A DNA stretch of 64,000 bases, from NCBI RefSeq assembly GCF_041146345.1, contig NW_027191409.1:248001-312000 (forward strand), in the 5' to 3' direction. The translations under genes and the position numbers were made by a program. The notes below the pieces were generated by a model, which saw only the letters and a list, made by a program, of their open reading frames with translations, was not told the DNA's origin and did not search any database. Of the stretch, positions 11,006-22,917 are shown piece by piece (position 1 is the stretch's first letter; every line of letters begins with the position of its first letter). Origin of the DNA: Neodothiora populina. Taxonomy: Eukaryota.

Positions 11006-12916
11006 ATGCCTCCAAAATCTGCCACTCATCATCAGTTGAACAGTATCTACGGTGGAGGTCTCCCAGAAATGCCACCTGCTCAGCCTACTGTGGCTGCTCC
11101 TGATCCACCAGTAGAAATGAGCGCGTCGAGCACCAACCTTGTCGCGCCCAAGAAGCAGCGCAAATCAGCTGCTGGCCGTTCCCTCATCCGCTGGGACTGT
11201 GAGTGTACAGCATCCTTCTACTACATGAAGAAATTGCTGACACGAAGATTAGTCGAGAAAGATCAACTGCTCCTCCTTGCTCTCGAATTCTGCAGCAGCA
11301 AGCACGGTTTGCAGCTTCCATGGGATGAAGCAGTGCAATACGTCAAGGCTGGTGCTACAGGACAGGCAGCTATCCAGCACCTGTCAAAAGTCCGTAGAGC
11401 CCGCGAAGACGCTGGCCAGCCCGTGCCTCCTGAGCCCCTCAAGCGTCGTGTGGGAAAGAAAGACCAGAAGAAACGCAAGATCATTGATGATGACGACGAC
11501 TTCAGTGACGAAGAGGATTATGAACAGCCTTTCAACGGTTCTACCAAACGAATCGTCTTCCAGCCAATTCGGAAGAGTCGTTCTCGCCGCAGGACTTCGG
11601 TCTCTGACAATTACGGTGCCACCCCTGAGGCGTCATTTGGTGGAGAGACATCTACCTCTCGTCGTCGTGTCAAGCGCAAGACCGAGGCTTCGCAGGATGA
11701 TCTCGCCTTCCATGATCCAGATGAGGAGTGGAGACCTGCTGGCGGAAACGACGTTCCAAAGAAGAAACGTGGCAGATTATTCGGCAGTGTCGCAAAGAGC
11801 GAGCCCATGATCAAGGACGAAGAGGATGACTTCGATCGTCTGCGCCCTACCGAGGAAGTCGATTATCGTGAGTACAGGGATGACCAGGAGGACAAAACGG
11901 AGGGCAACAGCTACAATCTCAACACCATGGCCTATCAGAAGCCTGGCGTGTACCATGGACGTTTTGGCAACACTTCCGATTCGTACTTTGGACAGGGTCA
12001 GTACCATGAGGTCGATTTTTTGACGTGTATATGCTGACGTGATTAAGGTGTAGCCCCTCGTTACAATGGCCCTGTCTACGGTCATGATGGCACTGGCTCC
12101 GATCCATTCGTCGACTCTAATGCGCCTGCTTTCCCAACAACTTTTGGGACAATGATGCAGACCCCTGCTGCCGTCGGTCAAGCAATGAACCGCAACTATG
12201 GGATGACTACACCCCAGAACTTCAGCTACGATGTCAATGTTCATGGCTATAACAGAGGCCCACACCAGTTCGGTAGCCAGAGCAACGCGAACCCTTCTTC
12301 GCTTACCAACATCAATATGCGTATGCCGAGCTCATACCAAGGACAGAGCGCCACTGGACTGGTCACGCCCGCACATTCTTTTACCAGCTCATCGGCCATG
12401 ACTCCACACAACGCAATGTCTAACCTGTCATTCGCTGACACCTCTATGGTCAAGACCTTCGGACCTTCCCTCGGCTCGACCCAGTCTATCAGCCCAGTCT
12501 ATCCTCTCCCTGATGTTATTCGTGGCAATGGTCGTGGCCACCATGGATCCAAGAACTACACTTATGGTACCAACAACAGACACGCGCCTACCATGAGCCT
12601 TGGAGACTTTGATCATCTGAGCAACCGTTCCAACACCGACGCTCAGTCTACTCAGCACCAATGGGATGATCATCAGCATGATACCGGCGTCCTATCCAAG
12701 AACGTTCATCTCAATGCCTTTAGCGCTACCATCGGCGACTCTACCCCACGCAAGTCGTCGCTCAACACCGACAAGACCAGCGAGTCTGCTTCATCTGGTG
12801 ACGTTACTACTGAGCCTGTCTCATATGTCAACACTCCGCAGCCAGATTTCTCCGAGTTCAGTGGCTTCTTTGACAGTAACGAAGTGCCTGACTTTGCTTT
12901 CAACGATGACATGTGA
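11006..12916 (+). CDS. Larger Myb/SANT-like domain protein with a long disordered tail (triad gene C); introns 11199-11252 and 11997-12047
   Basis: LIRWDFEKDQLLLLALEFCSSKHGLQLPWDEAVQYVKAGATGQAAIQHLSKVRRAR, basic NLS-like stretches and an S/N/Q-rich tail. Splicing joins ORFs 10796..12037 and 12152..12916 in frame. Confidence 0.75.
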
Positions 12917-14049
12917 ATGAAGGCTTTCGGTGCATGGTCACTGGTCTAGCACCATCATCTTATCGTCCTTTGCTAGTGACGTCTCACTTGATTGTCGTTA
13001 CTCGTTTACAAGCGAGCGTATCATCGCATGGAATTCGGTTCAAAAAGCATGATCACAGTATCAACGACACACCTTCTCCTCGAGAAAGGCCTGGTTGGCA
13101 TTTTGACTTCACGGCATGATTTACAACTGAATGATCAATTTCGGGACGTCTTTCTCAGATGATATTCATCCAATCTTCTTGATCAACGACCTGTCCTCAT
13201 CCGGCGTCTCGTCTCACAGAAACATCATTTATGGGCAAGGACGTCTTGTCTACTGCCTTCTCTCTTTCTTTCTTTTTTGACTTTCTTGATTTCATCTCCT
13301 TGGACGACTTTACGACGATTTACTTTCTTTCATTTCGACTTCCTCGTGGCGTTTGCTAGCTAATGCTTTTCTTCTTCCCATTTGGATGACTTTGCGATTT
13401 TGAACACTCACAACGGAAGTGACTACAGGAACGAAATGCGAGGGAGCGACTCATCTTGCTCATTGAAAGACGGACTCTGATCCGGGTCGCCTCGCATTCT
13501 CGAACCATCACTTCCTCTTGGAGCCACCACCATTTCCTTTGCACACTTCCAATGCCCAGCACAATACCCCTTCTTTTTGCGGCAGATAGTACTCACATAG
13601 CATGCGATAGCTCAATTCAACGATAACGAAATTTCATGATGGGTTTGTTCCACGCATATAAGAGGGTCGTGAATCCGTCTTGAGGTCGAAGCGAGTAGAG
13701 ACTAACAGACTCTCTAAAGACTAATCGAATCTGATCATGAGGGCTTGAGAGCTCGGTGATGATTGTGCCAGCTTATTTGGAGGCAGCTCAGCTTGAAGCT
13801 TTTTCATACGGAGATCACCGTTCGCTCTTGCCCGAGTGGTGATCAAGCTGACCTTGTCGTAGGTCCTCCGTTGATGCGATTATCCTCACTGACGGGCAAT
13901 CAGTAGGTACCACTACAGCACAGAGCAAGACGTCTAGAAAGATCCCACACGAGAGACAACCCCAGGTGCATGCACAGCTTTGTATGGAAGCTCCGCTCGC
14001 GCTCCAAAAGTCCAGGCCGGGGCAAGCGGCAATTTCCGCGCCTTCCGCT

Positions 14050-14067
14050 AGAAGATTCGAAGCTTCT
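14050..14067. promoter_or_regulatory. Heat-shock-element-like nGAAn/nTTCn dyads upstream of HSP60
   Basis: AGAAGATTCGAAGCTTCT contains two GAAnnTTC dyads about 280 bp before the HSP60 ATG. It is not a perfect three-unit HSE. Confidence 0.45.
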
Positions 14068-14340
14068 CACTCGCTGGACAACCTCGGATGACAATTTATT
14101 TGGGACTCTCTAAACTCCTCCGCGTCCTCTGCTCTTTCTCCCATCCAATCTTCTGTCTCTAAATTACACTTATTATCAGGCATTCGTCTTTTTCTTCTTA
14201 ATTGCGGAGTCTTGGGATAATCAGAATTCAAGCAGCGTATTCAAGAGTTAGAAACGGGCAATTGTACTTTGTACCCGTGTTACTTTTGATCTTTTTGTAA
14301 ATCAATCTACTTTCTGCTTCTTACCATATACACATCCAAG

Positions 14341-16232
14341 ATGCAGCGCGCATTCTCTGGTGCTCGTGCTTCCGCACGCTCGGCTGCAAAGCTGAGATCT
14401 GTATCTCTGCAGCAGCAGCGATTTGCTCACAAGGTTCGTTTGACTGAGTCAGCCGCGATGGGTGATGGCAGGCGAAAGTACTGACTATTCGATCATTTAC
14501 AGGAGCTCAAGTTTGGCGTTGAGGGCAGAGCTGCTCTCCTCCAGGGTGTTGAGACTCTCGCAAAGGCTGTCGCTACTACTCTCGGTCCCAAGGGCCGCAA
14601 TGTTCTCATCGAGTCCAGCTACGGCTCGCCCAAGATCACCAAGGGTACGATTCTCCACGATTCCAAGCACGAGAGAAGGAGACTTCTTGGGACGATCTGA
14701 AGATGATGGACACTAACATGAACCTCACAGACGGTGTGACTGTCGCAAGAGCCATCACCCTCAAGGACAAGTTCGAGAACCTCGGTGCTCGTCTCCTCCA
14801 GGATGTCGCTGGCAAGACCAACGAGGTCGCCGGTGACGGTACCACCACCGCCACTGTTCTCGCTCGCGCTATCTTCTCCGAGACCGTTAAGAACGTCGCC
14901 GCTGGCTGCAACCCCATGGACCTCCGCAGAGGCACCCAGGCCGCTGTCGAGGCTGTCGTTGAGTACCTCAGGCAACACAAGCGCGACATCACCACCAGCG
15001 CCGAGATCGCCCAGGTCGCCACCATCTCCGCCAACGGCGATGCCCACATCGGCAAGCTCCTCTCCAGCGCCATGGAGAAGGTCGGAAAGGAGGGTGTCAT
15101 CACTGTCAAGGAGGGCAAGATTCTCGAGGACGAGCTTGAGGTCACCGAGGGCATGAAGTTCGACCGCGGTTACGTTTCGCCTTACTTCATCACCGACGCC
15201 AAGTCGCAAAAGATTGAGTTCGAGAAGCCTCTCATCCTTCTTTCTGAGAAGAAGATCTCCGCCGTCCAGGACATTGTCCCCGCCCTTGAGGCTTCTCAGC
15301 AGCTCCGCCGTCCCCTCGTCATTATCGCCGAGGACATTGACGGTGAGGCTCTCGCTGTCTGCATCTTGAACAAGCTCCGTGGCCAACTCCAGGTCGCCGC
15401 TGTCAAGGCCCCTGGCTTCGGTGACAACCGCAAGTCCATCCTCGGCGATCTTGCCGTCCTCACCAACGGTACCGTCTTCACCGATGAGCTTGACATCAAG
15501 CTCGAGAAAGCCACCGCTGAGATGCTCGGATCCACCGGTTCCATCACCATCACCAAGGAGGACACTGTCATCCTTAACGGTGAGGGCACCAAGGACGCCG
15601 TTACCCAGCGTTGCGAGCAGATCCGTGGTGTCATGAACGACCCCACCACCTCTGACTACGAGAAGGAGAAGCTCCAGGAGCGTCTTGCCAAGCTCTCCGG
15701 CGGAGTAGCTGTCATCAAGGTCGGTGGTGCCTCTGAGGTTGAGGTCGGCGAGAAGAAGGACCGCATGGTCGACGCTCTCAACGCCACTCGCGCCGCTGTC
15801 GAGGAGGGTATCCTCCCCGGTGGTGGTACCGCTCTCATCAAGGCTGCTGCCAACGCTCTCAACGACCTGAAGCCGGCCAACTTCGACCAGCAGCTCGGTG
15901 TCAGCATCGTCAAGAGCGCCATCACCCGCCCTGCCCGCACCATTGTCGAGAACGCCGGTGGTGAGGGATCCGTTGTCGTCGGTAAGCTCATGGACGAGTA
16001 CGCCAGCGACTTCCACAAGGGTTACGACAGCGCCAAGGGCGAGTACGTCGACATGATCGCCGCCGGTATCCTGGACCCCTTCAAGGTTGTCCGCACCGGT
16101 CTCATGGACGCCAGCGGTGTCGCATCTCTCCTCGGTACCACCGAGGTGGCCATCGTCGAGGCTGCCGAGGACAAGCCCGCTCCTGGTGGCATGCCCGGCG
16201 GTATGCCCGGCATGGGAGGTATGGGATTCTAA
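14341..16232 (+). CDS. HSP60: Mitochondrial chaperonin Hsp60; exons 14341-14433, 14503-14644, 14731-16232
   Basis: Arg/Ser/Ala-rich presequence [13 protein letters not shown], then [28 protein letters not shown] and C-terminal GGM repeats. Strong codon bias. Confidence 0.98.
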
Positions 16233-16856
16233 GCGCCTCTGACAAACACTCGATGATACCCACGTCTGCGGCTTCTCTGCCGGATTTCTCCAGCGACTTT
16301 GTGTACTAAAAAGCCATGTTGGCCTTCTGTTCTTGTCGTTTGTTGTACAAAAAAATACAAAAGAATCTTCATCTCTCTCCTCTCTAGAGCATTTTCATAT
16401 ACGGGAACGGTCGGGAGCATTTGGCGGAAGAAAAAGGGAGGCTGGCTGGCTGTACTATAATGAAAGCGATCTACAAAAAGTGTACTACTATTTCTACTGT
16501 ATTATATGTATGTCTTGTAATACCAGCTGACAAGACTCTGTTGCTCGGTGCCAGATGTCAAGTATTGACGCTCTAGATCATGCGGACAAGCCAAGAGAAA
16601 TTGTATACCTGGCTTGGATGAATACCAACTGCTTGCGCATGTGGCGTGGTATAGTGCAATGAAGAGAGATGAAGAGTGGTAGAAAGAGGGGGTTTCGCAA
16701 CAGACACAGACACAGGCAGCAAGGAACCAAAAGTCTTGGCTTGGCGGTGGACGATGCGGCGGGGCTGTCGGTCGGTCGGTCGGTGGTCGGGTGGAAGTGG
16801 CACAGGCACAGTTGGTGGGAGTTGGACTGCACAGCGAGTGGAGTGGCAGTGGAGTG

Positions 16857-16897
16857 GCAGCAGAGCAGCAGAGCAGCAGAGCAGCAGAGCAGCAGAG
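16857..16897. repeat. 8-mer tandem repeat (GCAGCAGA) about 5 copies
   Basis: gcagcagagcagcagagcagcagagcagcagagcagcagag in the HSP60-cofilin intergenic region. Confidence 0.85.
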
Positions 16898-17300
16898 TGG
16901 ATTCGTTGTCAACCTGACCTGCCCCGAACTGGCCTTATTCCCATCCAATCTTTACTTTTACTGTACAACCACATCATCCAGAATCCCCTCTCTAGGCCAC
17001 GCGCACCTTTTAATTGTTTCTGCCTAGAACAAACAAAACACTCTCAAGTAGGTAAGCTTGCTCTTTCTTCCTATATAGCGCGCCTGCTTCTCCTCGACAC
17101 CCAACAGAGCTCCGCCCTCTCTTCCTCCCGACCATGATCAGCTCAACCACTCACGACGGATCCCTTGCCCCTCCAAAACATTGAATTGCTGCCCCACGTC
17201 AGGGATTCTTGTGCAGCCACGTCTCAGCTTGCTGATTTTGTCCTGTCGCACACAGCCAACCTTACATCTTCTCTTGTCATCTAGGAGTCTATTGCCTGCC

Positions 17301-18092
17301 ATGGTATGTATTGTGTCGAGACGCTGCGACGAGAGAAGGAGACAACAGCTGACATGGCTTCTCGTCAGGCCCAATCTGGGTATGTCTATCCATGACCTTT
17401 CGTCCAACCCCTCGAGGCGATCCTGTTTTTTGTTGCTGCTACCTGCAACAAACAAACAAACATGTCGCGCTGCGTGCCTGTGAGATTGCGCCCCTACTGA
17501 ACCACACACAGTGTCTCCGTCGCGCCCGAGTGCATCTCGGCATTCAACGACCTCAAGCTCGGAAAGTCGACCAAGTGGATCATCTACAAGATCTCCGATG
17601 ACTGGAAGGAGATTGTCGTCGAGGAGACTTCCTCGACCGCCGACTACTCTGCCTTCAGAGAGAAGCTTCTGAACGCCAAGAGCAAGGACAAGAAGGGCAA
17701 GGAGGGTATCGGTGGCAGATACGCCGTCTACGACATGGAATACGAGACCGCCGGTGAGGGTAGCAGGTATGTTTTGGAAGAGGATCAGTGGACGGATGAT
17801 TGCGCCACGAGCATTTTCTCTCGGATTGAGTCCACACCTGACAGCTTCGCAGGAGCAAGATCACCTTCATCTCATGGGTGCCCGATGATGCTTCCCAATA
17901 CGTGAGTCTGATCATGCATTTTACATACACGAAGAAGCCGCTGACCGACAAACCAAGCCCCGTATGATGTACTCATCCTCCAAGGAGGCCATCAAGCGCG
18001 CCCTCAACGGCCTTGCGGCCGACATCCAGGCCAACGACCCCGATGACATCGAGTACGACACCGTCGTCTCCAGAGTTTCCAAGGGCCGTTGA
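17301..18092 (+). CDS. COF1: Cofilin / actin-depolymerizing factor, 5 coding exons including an ATG-only exon and an 11-nt microexon (17369-17379)
   Basis: Spliced product [43 protein letters not shown]...RYAVYDMEY...[34 protein letters not shown]. Missed by the ORF track. Confidence 0.95.
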
Positions 18093-18756
18093 ACAGAGCG
18101 TGACGTTCACAGACCTTCGTCGAGTCTGACTGCACTTCGAATGACCAGGGATATTGTCAAAACGGTGCAATCTCACCCGTGGGATTTGGAGGAGACTTGG
18201 ACGAGAACGAGACTTGTTGCGGCAATGCTAGCTGTCTTATGAGGTGTCGCGACAGGGAGACAGTGATTGATCCTATAGAAAATCTGAATATGCAGCTTCC
18301 CTACAGTGTGTGCTAATCACCGGAGCTTATTGTGGATTTACACTTCTATGTCTGGTCGCCGAAGCCTGAGCTCGAATCTGACCTGTGCAGACATGAACTT
18401 GATATTTTAGCTACTACTACAATTCAAAGACTGTATTGGATTCCGCAGAGGCGATTGTACTCCAGTGTTTCGCTCGTGTTTCAATATAAAGACCTCTTGA
18501 CCCACGGCCCCTCCCCACGCCTTCTAGACATGAATCACGTTTCCACCTGTCAACAACAAGCCATGACGTCAGGTGCCCGCCAACGCCAGCTCACCTGCAT
18601 GTTTTTGGGGAACTTTCCCGTAGCTGTACCGTACATGTCAACCAACCGACAAATTAGACCTCGATTGAGACACAGAATTCTAGATACTTAAAACTGTGTA
18701 TGACAATGAGATTCGTTCTGAACAGACGATAGAGAACCTGCACGCTCCGTTCAACT

Positions 18757-20695
18757 ATGTTGCCGTTCATCAACGCACGTGAGTTTCGTGACAAGAAAAG
18801 AATTGGAAACACGGAAACAATACTGACGAAGCTATATAGCCTTTGCGTGGGTTGCGGGCAATCTTGGTGCTTCGACAGATCAATGTATGTGTAAAGGCAA
18901 AAGACGCTGTTTGAATGTCAAACCCTTATTCCTGCTACAGTGAAGCTCATCTTTTCGTTCCTGTTGTCTTATCCACTTGCTGGAGTGTTGAAACGCATTC
19001 CTGATGGCAAGCCTTGGCAGAAGAATGCCTTCATCATCGGGTCCGTTTGTCTCGCAGTCACATCAGAAGTCTGTTCACTGACTCGAATGGCAGCGTGTCG
19101 GTCTTCTATCTGGTCGGTCTGTTTGATCTCTGGTCCGGTGTACGCACAATCCTAATCAGCTCCGTCGGTGCATATGCAATCGCTGCATATGTCGAAGGAC
19201 CATATATGCCATGGGTCGGATTTGTCTTCTTGATGGGTCACATGTCTTTCAACCACATCTATCGCCAGATCACCAATGACCCGGACTCGGTCGATATTAC
19301 TGGTGTGCAGATGGTCATGGTCATGAAGTTGACCGCCTTTTGCTGGAATGTGTATGATGGTACGCAACCCGAAGCGGACCTCAACGAATACCAGAAAGAC
19401 CGCGCGATCAAGGAATTGCCTAGTATCTTGGACTACGCTGGGTTTGTATTGTTTTTCCCTTCGTTGTTCGCGGGTCCCGCCTTTGACTTTGCGGATTATC
19501 GCCGCTGGATCGAGACCAGCATGTTCGAGTTGCCGCCTGGGGTCGATCCTGCGAATGCTCCTGTGACCCGGAAGAAGCGAAAGATTCCGAGAAGTGGTAC
19601 TCCCGCGGCTTGGAAGGCGGCCTATGGCTTGCTTTGGATCGTCGCTTTCTTGCAATTTTCGGGATGGTACAACGAACGCATGGTTTTGGACGACTCGTAC
19701 AGAGAATATGGACTGCTCAGACGTGTCTGGCTGTTGCACATGCTTGGCCTCACCACCAGGATGAAGTATTACGGAGTGTGGTCTCTCACAGAAGGCGCTT
19801 GTATCTTGTCGGGTATTGGATTCAAGGGCATCGACCCTAAGACGGGCAAGGCAGATTGGAACAGACTTCAGAACGTCAAGCCGCTTGCTATTGAGCTTGC
19901 CCAGAACAGTCACGCTTACCTCGGAAATTGGAACATCAACACCAACATGTGGCTTCGTAACTACATGTATCTTCGGGTCACGCCGAAAGGAAGGAAGCCT
20001 GGTTTCCGCGCGAGCATGGCGACTTTTGTCACCAGTGCTTTCTGGCATGGATTCTATCCTGGTTACTACATGGCGTTCGTGCTTGCGAGCTTTATCCAGA
20101 ACACTGCCAAGAGTGAGTTTTGGTTGATTTGTGGTCTCAGGAGCGTTTTACTAATACTTGTGCGACAGATTCGCGCAGACTTCTTCGACCCTTTTTCCTG
20201 ACCGCAGATGGATCGAAGCCGCTGCCAACAAAGAGATACTACGACGTCTTCAGCTGGTTCGTGACCCAGCTCGCCTTTTCTTTCACTGTGGCGCCTTTCA
20301 TCCTACTCAGCTTCCACGACACAGTCTTGGTCTGGGCTCGAGTCTGGTTCTACGGCATCATCGGCGTGACAGCGACATCTCTCTTCCTCGCCTCACCAGG
20401 CAAGAAATGGATCCAGAGCAAAGTCAAACAACACAGCAACGTCAGCGAAGCAACAAGGCCGACCACACTGAAACACTCGGACAGCTACGAAGGCACCACT
20501 ACGCTCGGACTGCCCAACGACCCCGGCAGAGAATGGGACATGATGGTCGAGGAGATCACGAGCGAGATCGATGCGCGGAAAAGGAGAGGGCAGCCCGTTA
20601 GTGCCGAGCTCAAGGCAACGGCGGAGAAGTTGAGCGAAAGCGTCAGGAGACAAAGCTTGAAAGACAAGATTGATTTCTCGAGAAAGGGACTGTGA
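18757..20695 (+). CDS. ALE1: MBOAT lysophospholipid acyltransferase Ale1/Lpt1, multi-exon
   Basis: Start MLPFINAP, then KLIFSFLLSYPLAGVLKRIP, DITGVQMVMVMKLTAFCWN, LFAGPAFDF, WNINTNMWLRNY and SAFWHGFYPGYY (catalytic His). Confidence 0.93.
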
Positions 20696-20834
20696 AGAGG
20701 GAGTCGAGTCGAGTCGGATCGAGTCAAACGGGGAACAGAGGTCGGCGTAGCGAGCTGGATGGCCGTCGGCGGGAAAAGTAAAAGTATAGCGTTGTCTAGA
20801 TGAACGAATGACTAGAACCATGAAATGGGCCGCC

Positions 20835-21063
20835 TGAGTGTCTGATATCATCCTATGTGAACCTCGCTCGAGAGGATTATAAAACCGCACGAGGGAGGCG
20901 ATTGCCCTGCGCGGGCGGCGCCACTGCGTGGAGCCTTTCCTTCGGCTTTTGAGTATCTTGATATCATCTTATGTGAACCTCCCTCGAGGGGAGTATAGAC
21001 CCGTGTGAAGGAGGCGATTGCCCTGCGCGGGCAGCGCCACTGCGTGGAGCCTTTGCTCCGGCT
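20835..21063. repeat. Imperfect tandem duplication, 2 copies of about 115 bp (20835-20949, 20950-21063)
   Basis: Both copies contain TGATATCATCYTATGTGAACCTC and GGAGGCGATTGCCCTGCGCGGGCRGCGCCACTGCGTGGAGCCTTT. Confidence 0.9.
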
Positions 21064-21483
21064 ATTCCGTGCGCATCGGTCGCCCTTCTCTAACCATCCG
21101 CACATCGACATTCCTAATAAGAACCTTTCAGCTGCACCGCTCGCTGGAAAGCCATATATCACAAAAGGCACAAGGACGAAAGTGGTAGCTAATAGTTTTG
21201 ATTGTGGTTATGGCTTGTAGCGATTGCCATAATCTCCTCTGGAAGAATCTCTGGATGATTTCCGCGCAGCGTATGATGTGCTGCGAGAGAGATAGGAAGG
21301 GGCTAGTAGGCTCCCTCATCCTGTTGTCCCTGTGCCCCGCTTCGCGTCCGTCTGCATGCTTGTTCCGCCGTCTATCTACTTGACGTGAGCCTGCACTCCA
21401 CTTGTGCTTGCCTCAGCCCGCTGGTCCCCGTATCCCCAACTCAACCCAAGCGGACTCGGCCCAGAAGAGCGGCAAATGTCCCT

Positions 21484-22038
21484 CTATCCCAGCTCCACCT
21501 CCGCCTCGAGCGCCCCCAGCAAGAAACCCGCGTACTGTCTCGCCTGCGCCAGCCGCTCCCTCCTCTCTGTGTCCCCCTCTCCCTGTACGCCAGCAGCCCC
21601 GTCTGCTCCCCTGCATGCGTCCATCGCCCGCCGAAAGGACGCGTGTGTTTCCTGCCATGCCCGGCCCTGCATGGGGTGTGCGAGGGCGTCGAGGCGGGCG
21701 AGGCGGCGGCTGAGGGAGGCGGGGAGGGACGGGGTTGGGGCTTGTTGTTGTTGTTGGGGTTGGTGCTGGGCAGTTGTTGGTGGTGGTGGTGGTGGTGGTG
21801 GTGGTGGTGGTGAGGACTGAGTCAGGGTGTTGGTGATGGGCAAGTGATAGCCTTCACTTGCGTCTGCTCCGTTTGTGACTTTCAACTGTCTGGCTTCGTT
21901 GATCTCGGCTGCACTCGACGGGCTCGAAAGTGCGGAGTTGAGTGTGTGAGGGGTGGATGAGTGCAGATGTGCGTTTGGAGCGCCGTGGTCTTGAGTGTGG
22001 TACTCGTTGGTGTCGTTGATTGTGCTTTCATTGGTGCT

Positions 22039-22091
<53 letters not shown>

Positions 22092-22917
22092 CTGCTGCCG
22101 TGGCCTTGTGATTGACTTGCTGGCGCTCATCCTCATCGTCTTCAAGCGGAATGTCGACGGCGTTGATGCCCATCCGTTGGTAGTGCCTGTATTGCTCAAA
22201 GGCTAATGCAGCTTCTCTCTTCTCTTGCTGCCGCTGCTCATATCGCAGCTCGATCAGCGCGATGAGAGGGTCGTTCTCATCTTCGACTTCGTAGTCGCTT
22301 TCGTCGTCGTCGTCATCATCATCATCGTTTTCGTCTTCGTCGTAGAAGACATCATCGTCATCATCATGAATGACAAAGCGACCAGCTTCTTCCTCCTCAT
22401 CATCATCGACTTCCTCTGTAGTGCTCGATAAAGCAGGTGGCCCCGACCGCTTCCTCTTCTTATCGGCCGCCGTGAAGAAACCGCCCCCGGAATACCCAAC
22501 CCTTCCCAACGCCTCTTCCTCTCTTGTATGGCACCTATCAATCCACATGGTCAGACTTTCAAGCCTGGCGCGTCTGCGGTCCGCGTACGACAAGGGCAGT
22601 CTGTCTTCCGCCACATCTCCGCTGTGTCTATTTCCACGCACATTGAACTCAGAAGCCACAAAGGAGAATTGATCATTGACGGGGGTGGGACGATGGCATT
22701 GTCGTTTTTTGGCGGATGAATTCTCTTGCTTTGTGGTTACTGCTAGCTTCAAGGGCGAGAAATAGGGCACAAAGGGTGTTGCGTAACAGATCTTCTTGTT
22801 CGATACGCGGGCCGCAGACGGCGCCGGGGATGGTCTTGCAATGGCTCCTCTGCCGCTTGGCGAGAGGGCGGGAAAGTAGGGGGTGAGGTCGAGGGTTTGG
22901 GGATAGTAGCAAGACAT
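21484..22917 (-). CDS. Low-complexity orphan protein (acidic, poly-S, poly-P, poly-Q tracts); 3' end possibly frameshifted
   Basis: 477-codon ORF with an ATG start. No recognisable domain. Microsatellites are in frame. Confidence 0.45.
21779..21811. repeat. (GGT)n microsatellite (poly-Pro in the minus-strand ORF)
   Basis: About 11 uninterrupted GGT units, preceded by (TTG)n. Confidence 0.9.
22040..22090. repeat. (GAT)n microsatellite (poly-Ser in the minus-strand ORF)
   Basis: About 17 uninterrupted GAT units. Confidence 0.92.

Noticed and set aside
13635..13742. AAAGACTAATCGAA resembles a conserved 25S rRNA segment; the minus strand has ATGATCA next to the antisense, suggesting a C/D snoRNA
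   Set aside because: Box C is imperfect, no CTGA follows the guide and there is no convincing terminal stem. A 14-nt match to rRNA is expected by chance at this scale. snoscan or Rfam would settle it.
13756..13851. GTGATGA...CTGA spaced about 95 nt apart (box C/D-like)
   Set aside because: No recognisable rRNA-antisense guide and only a 2-bp closing stem.
14619..16016. 465-aa antisense ORF over HSP60
   Set aside because: Shadow ORF caused by the strong codon bias of a highly expressed gene.
21385..22199. Poly-Trp, poly-Gly and poly-His ORFs
   Set aside because: Alternative-frame readings of the (GGT)n and (GAT)n microsatellites.
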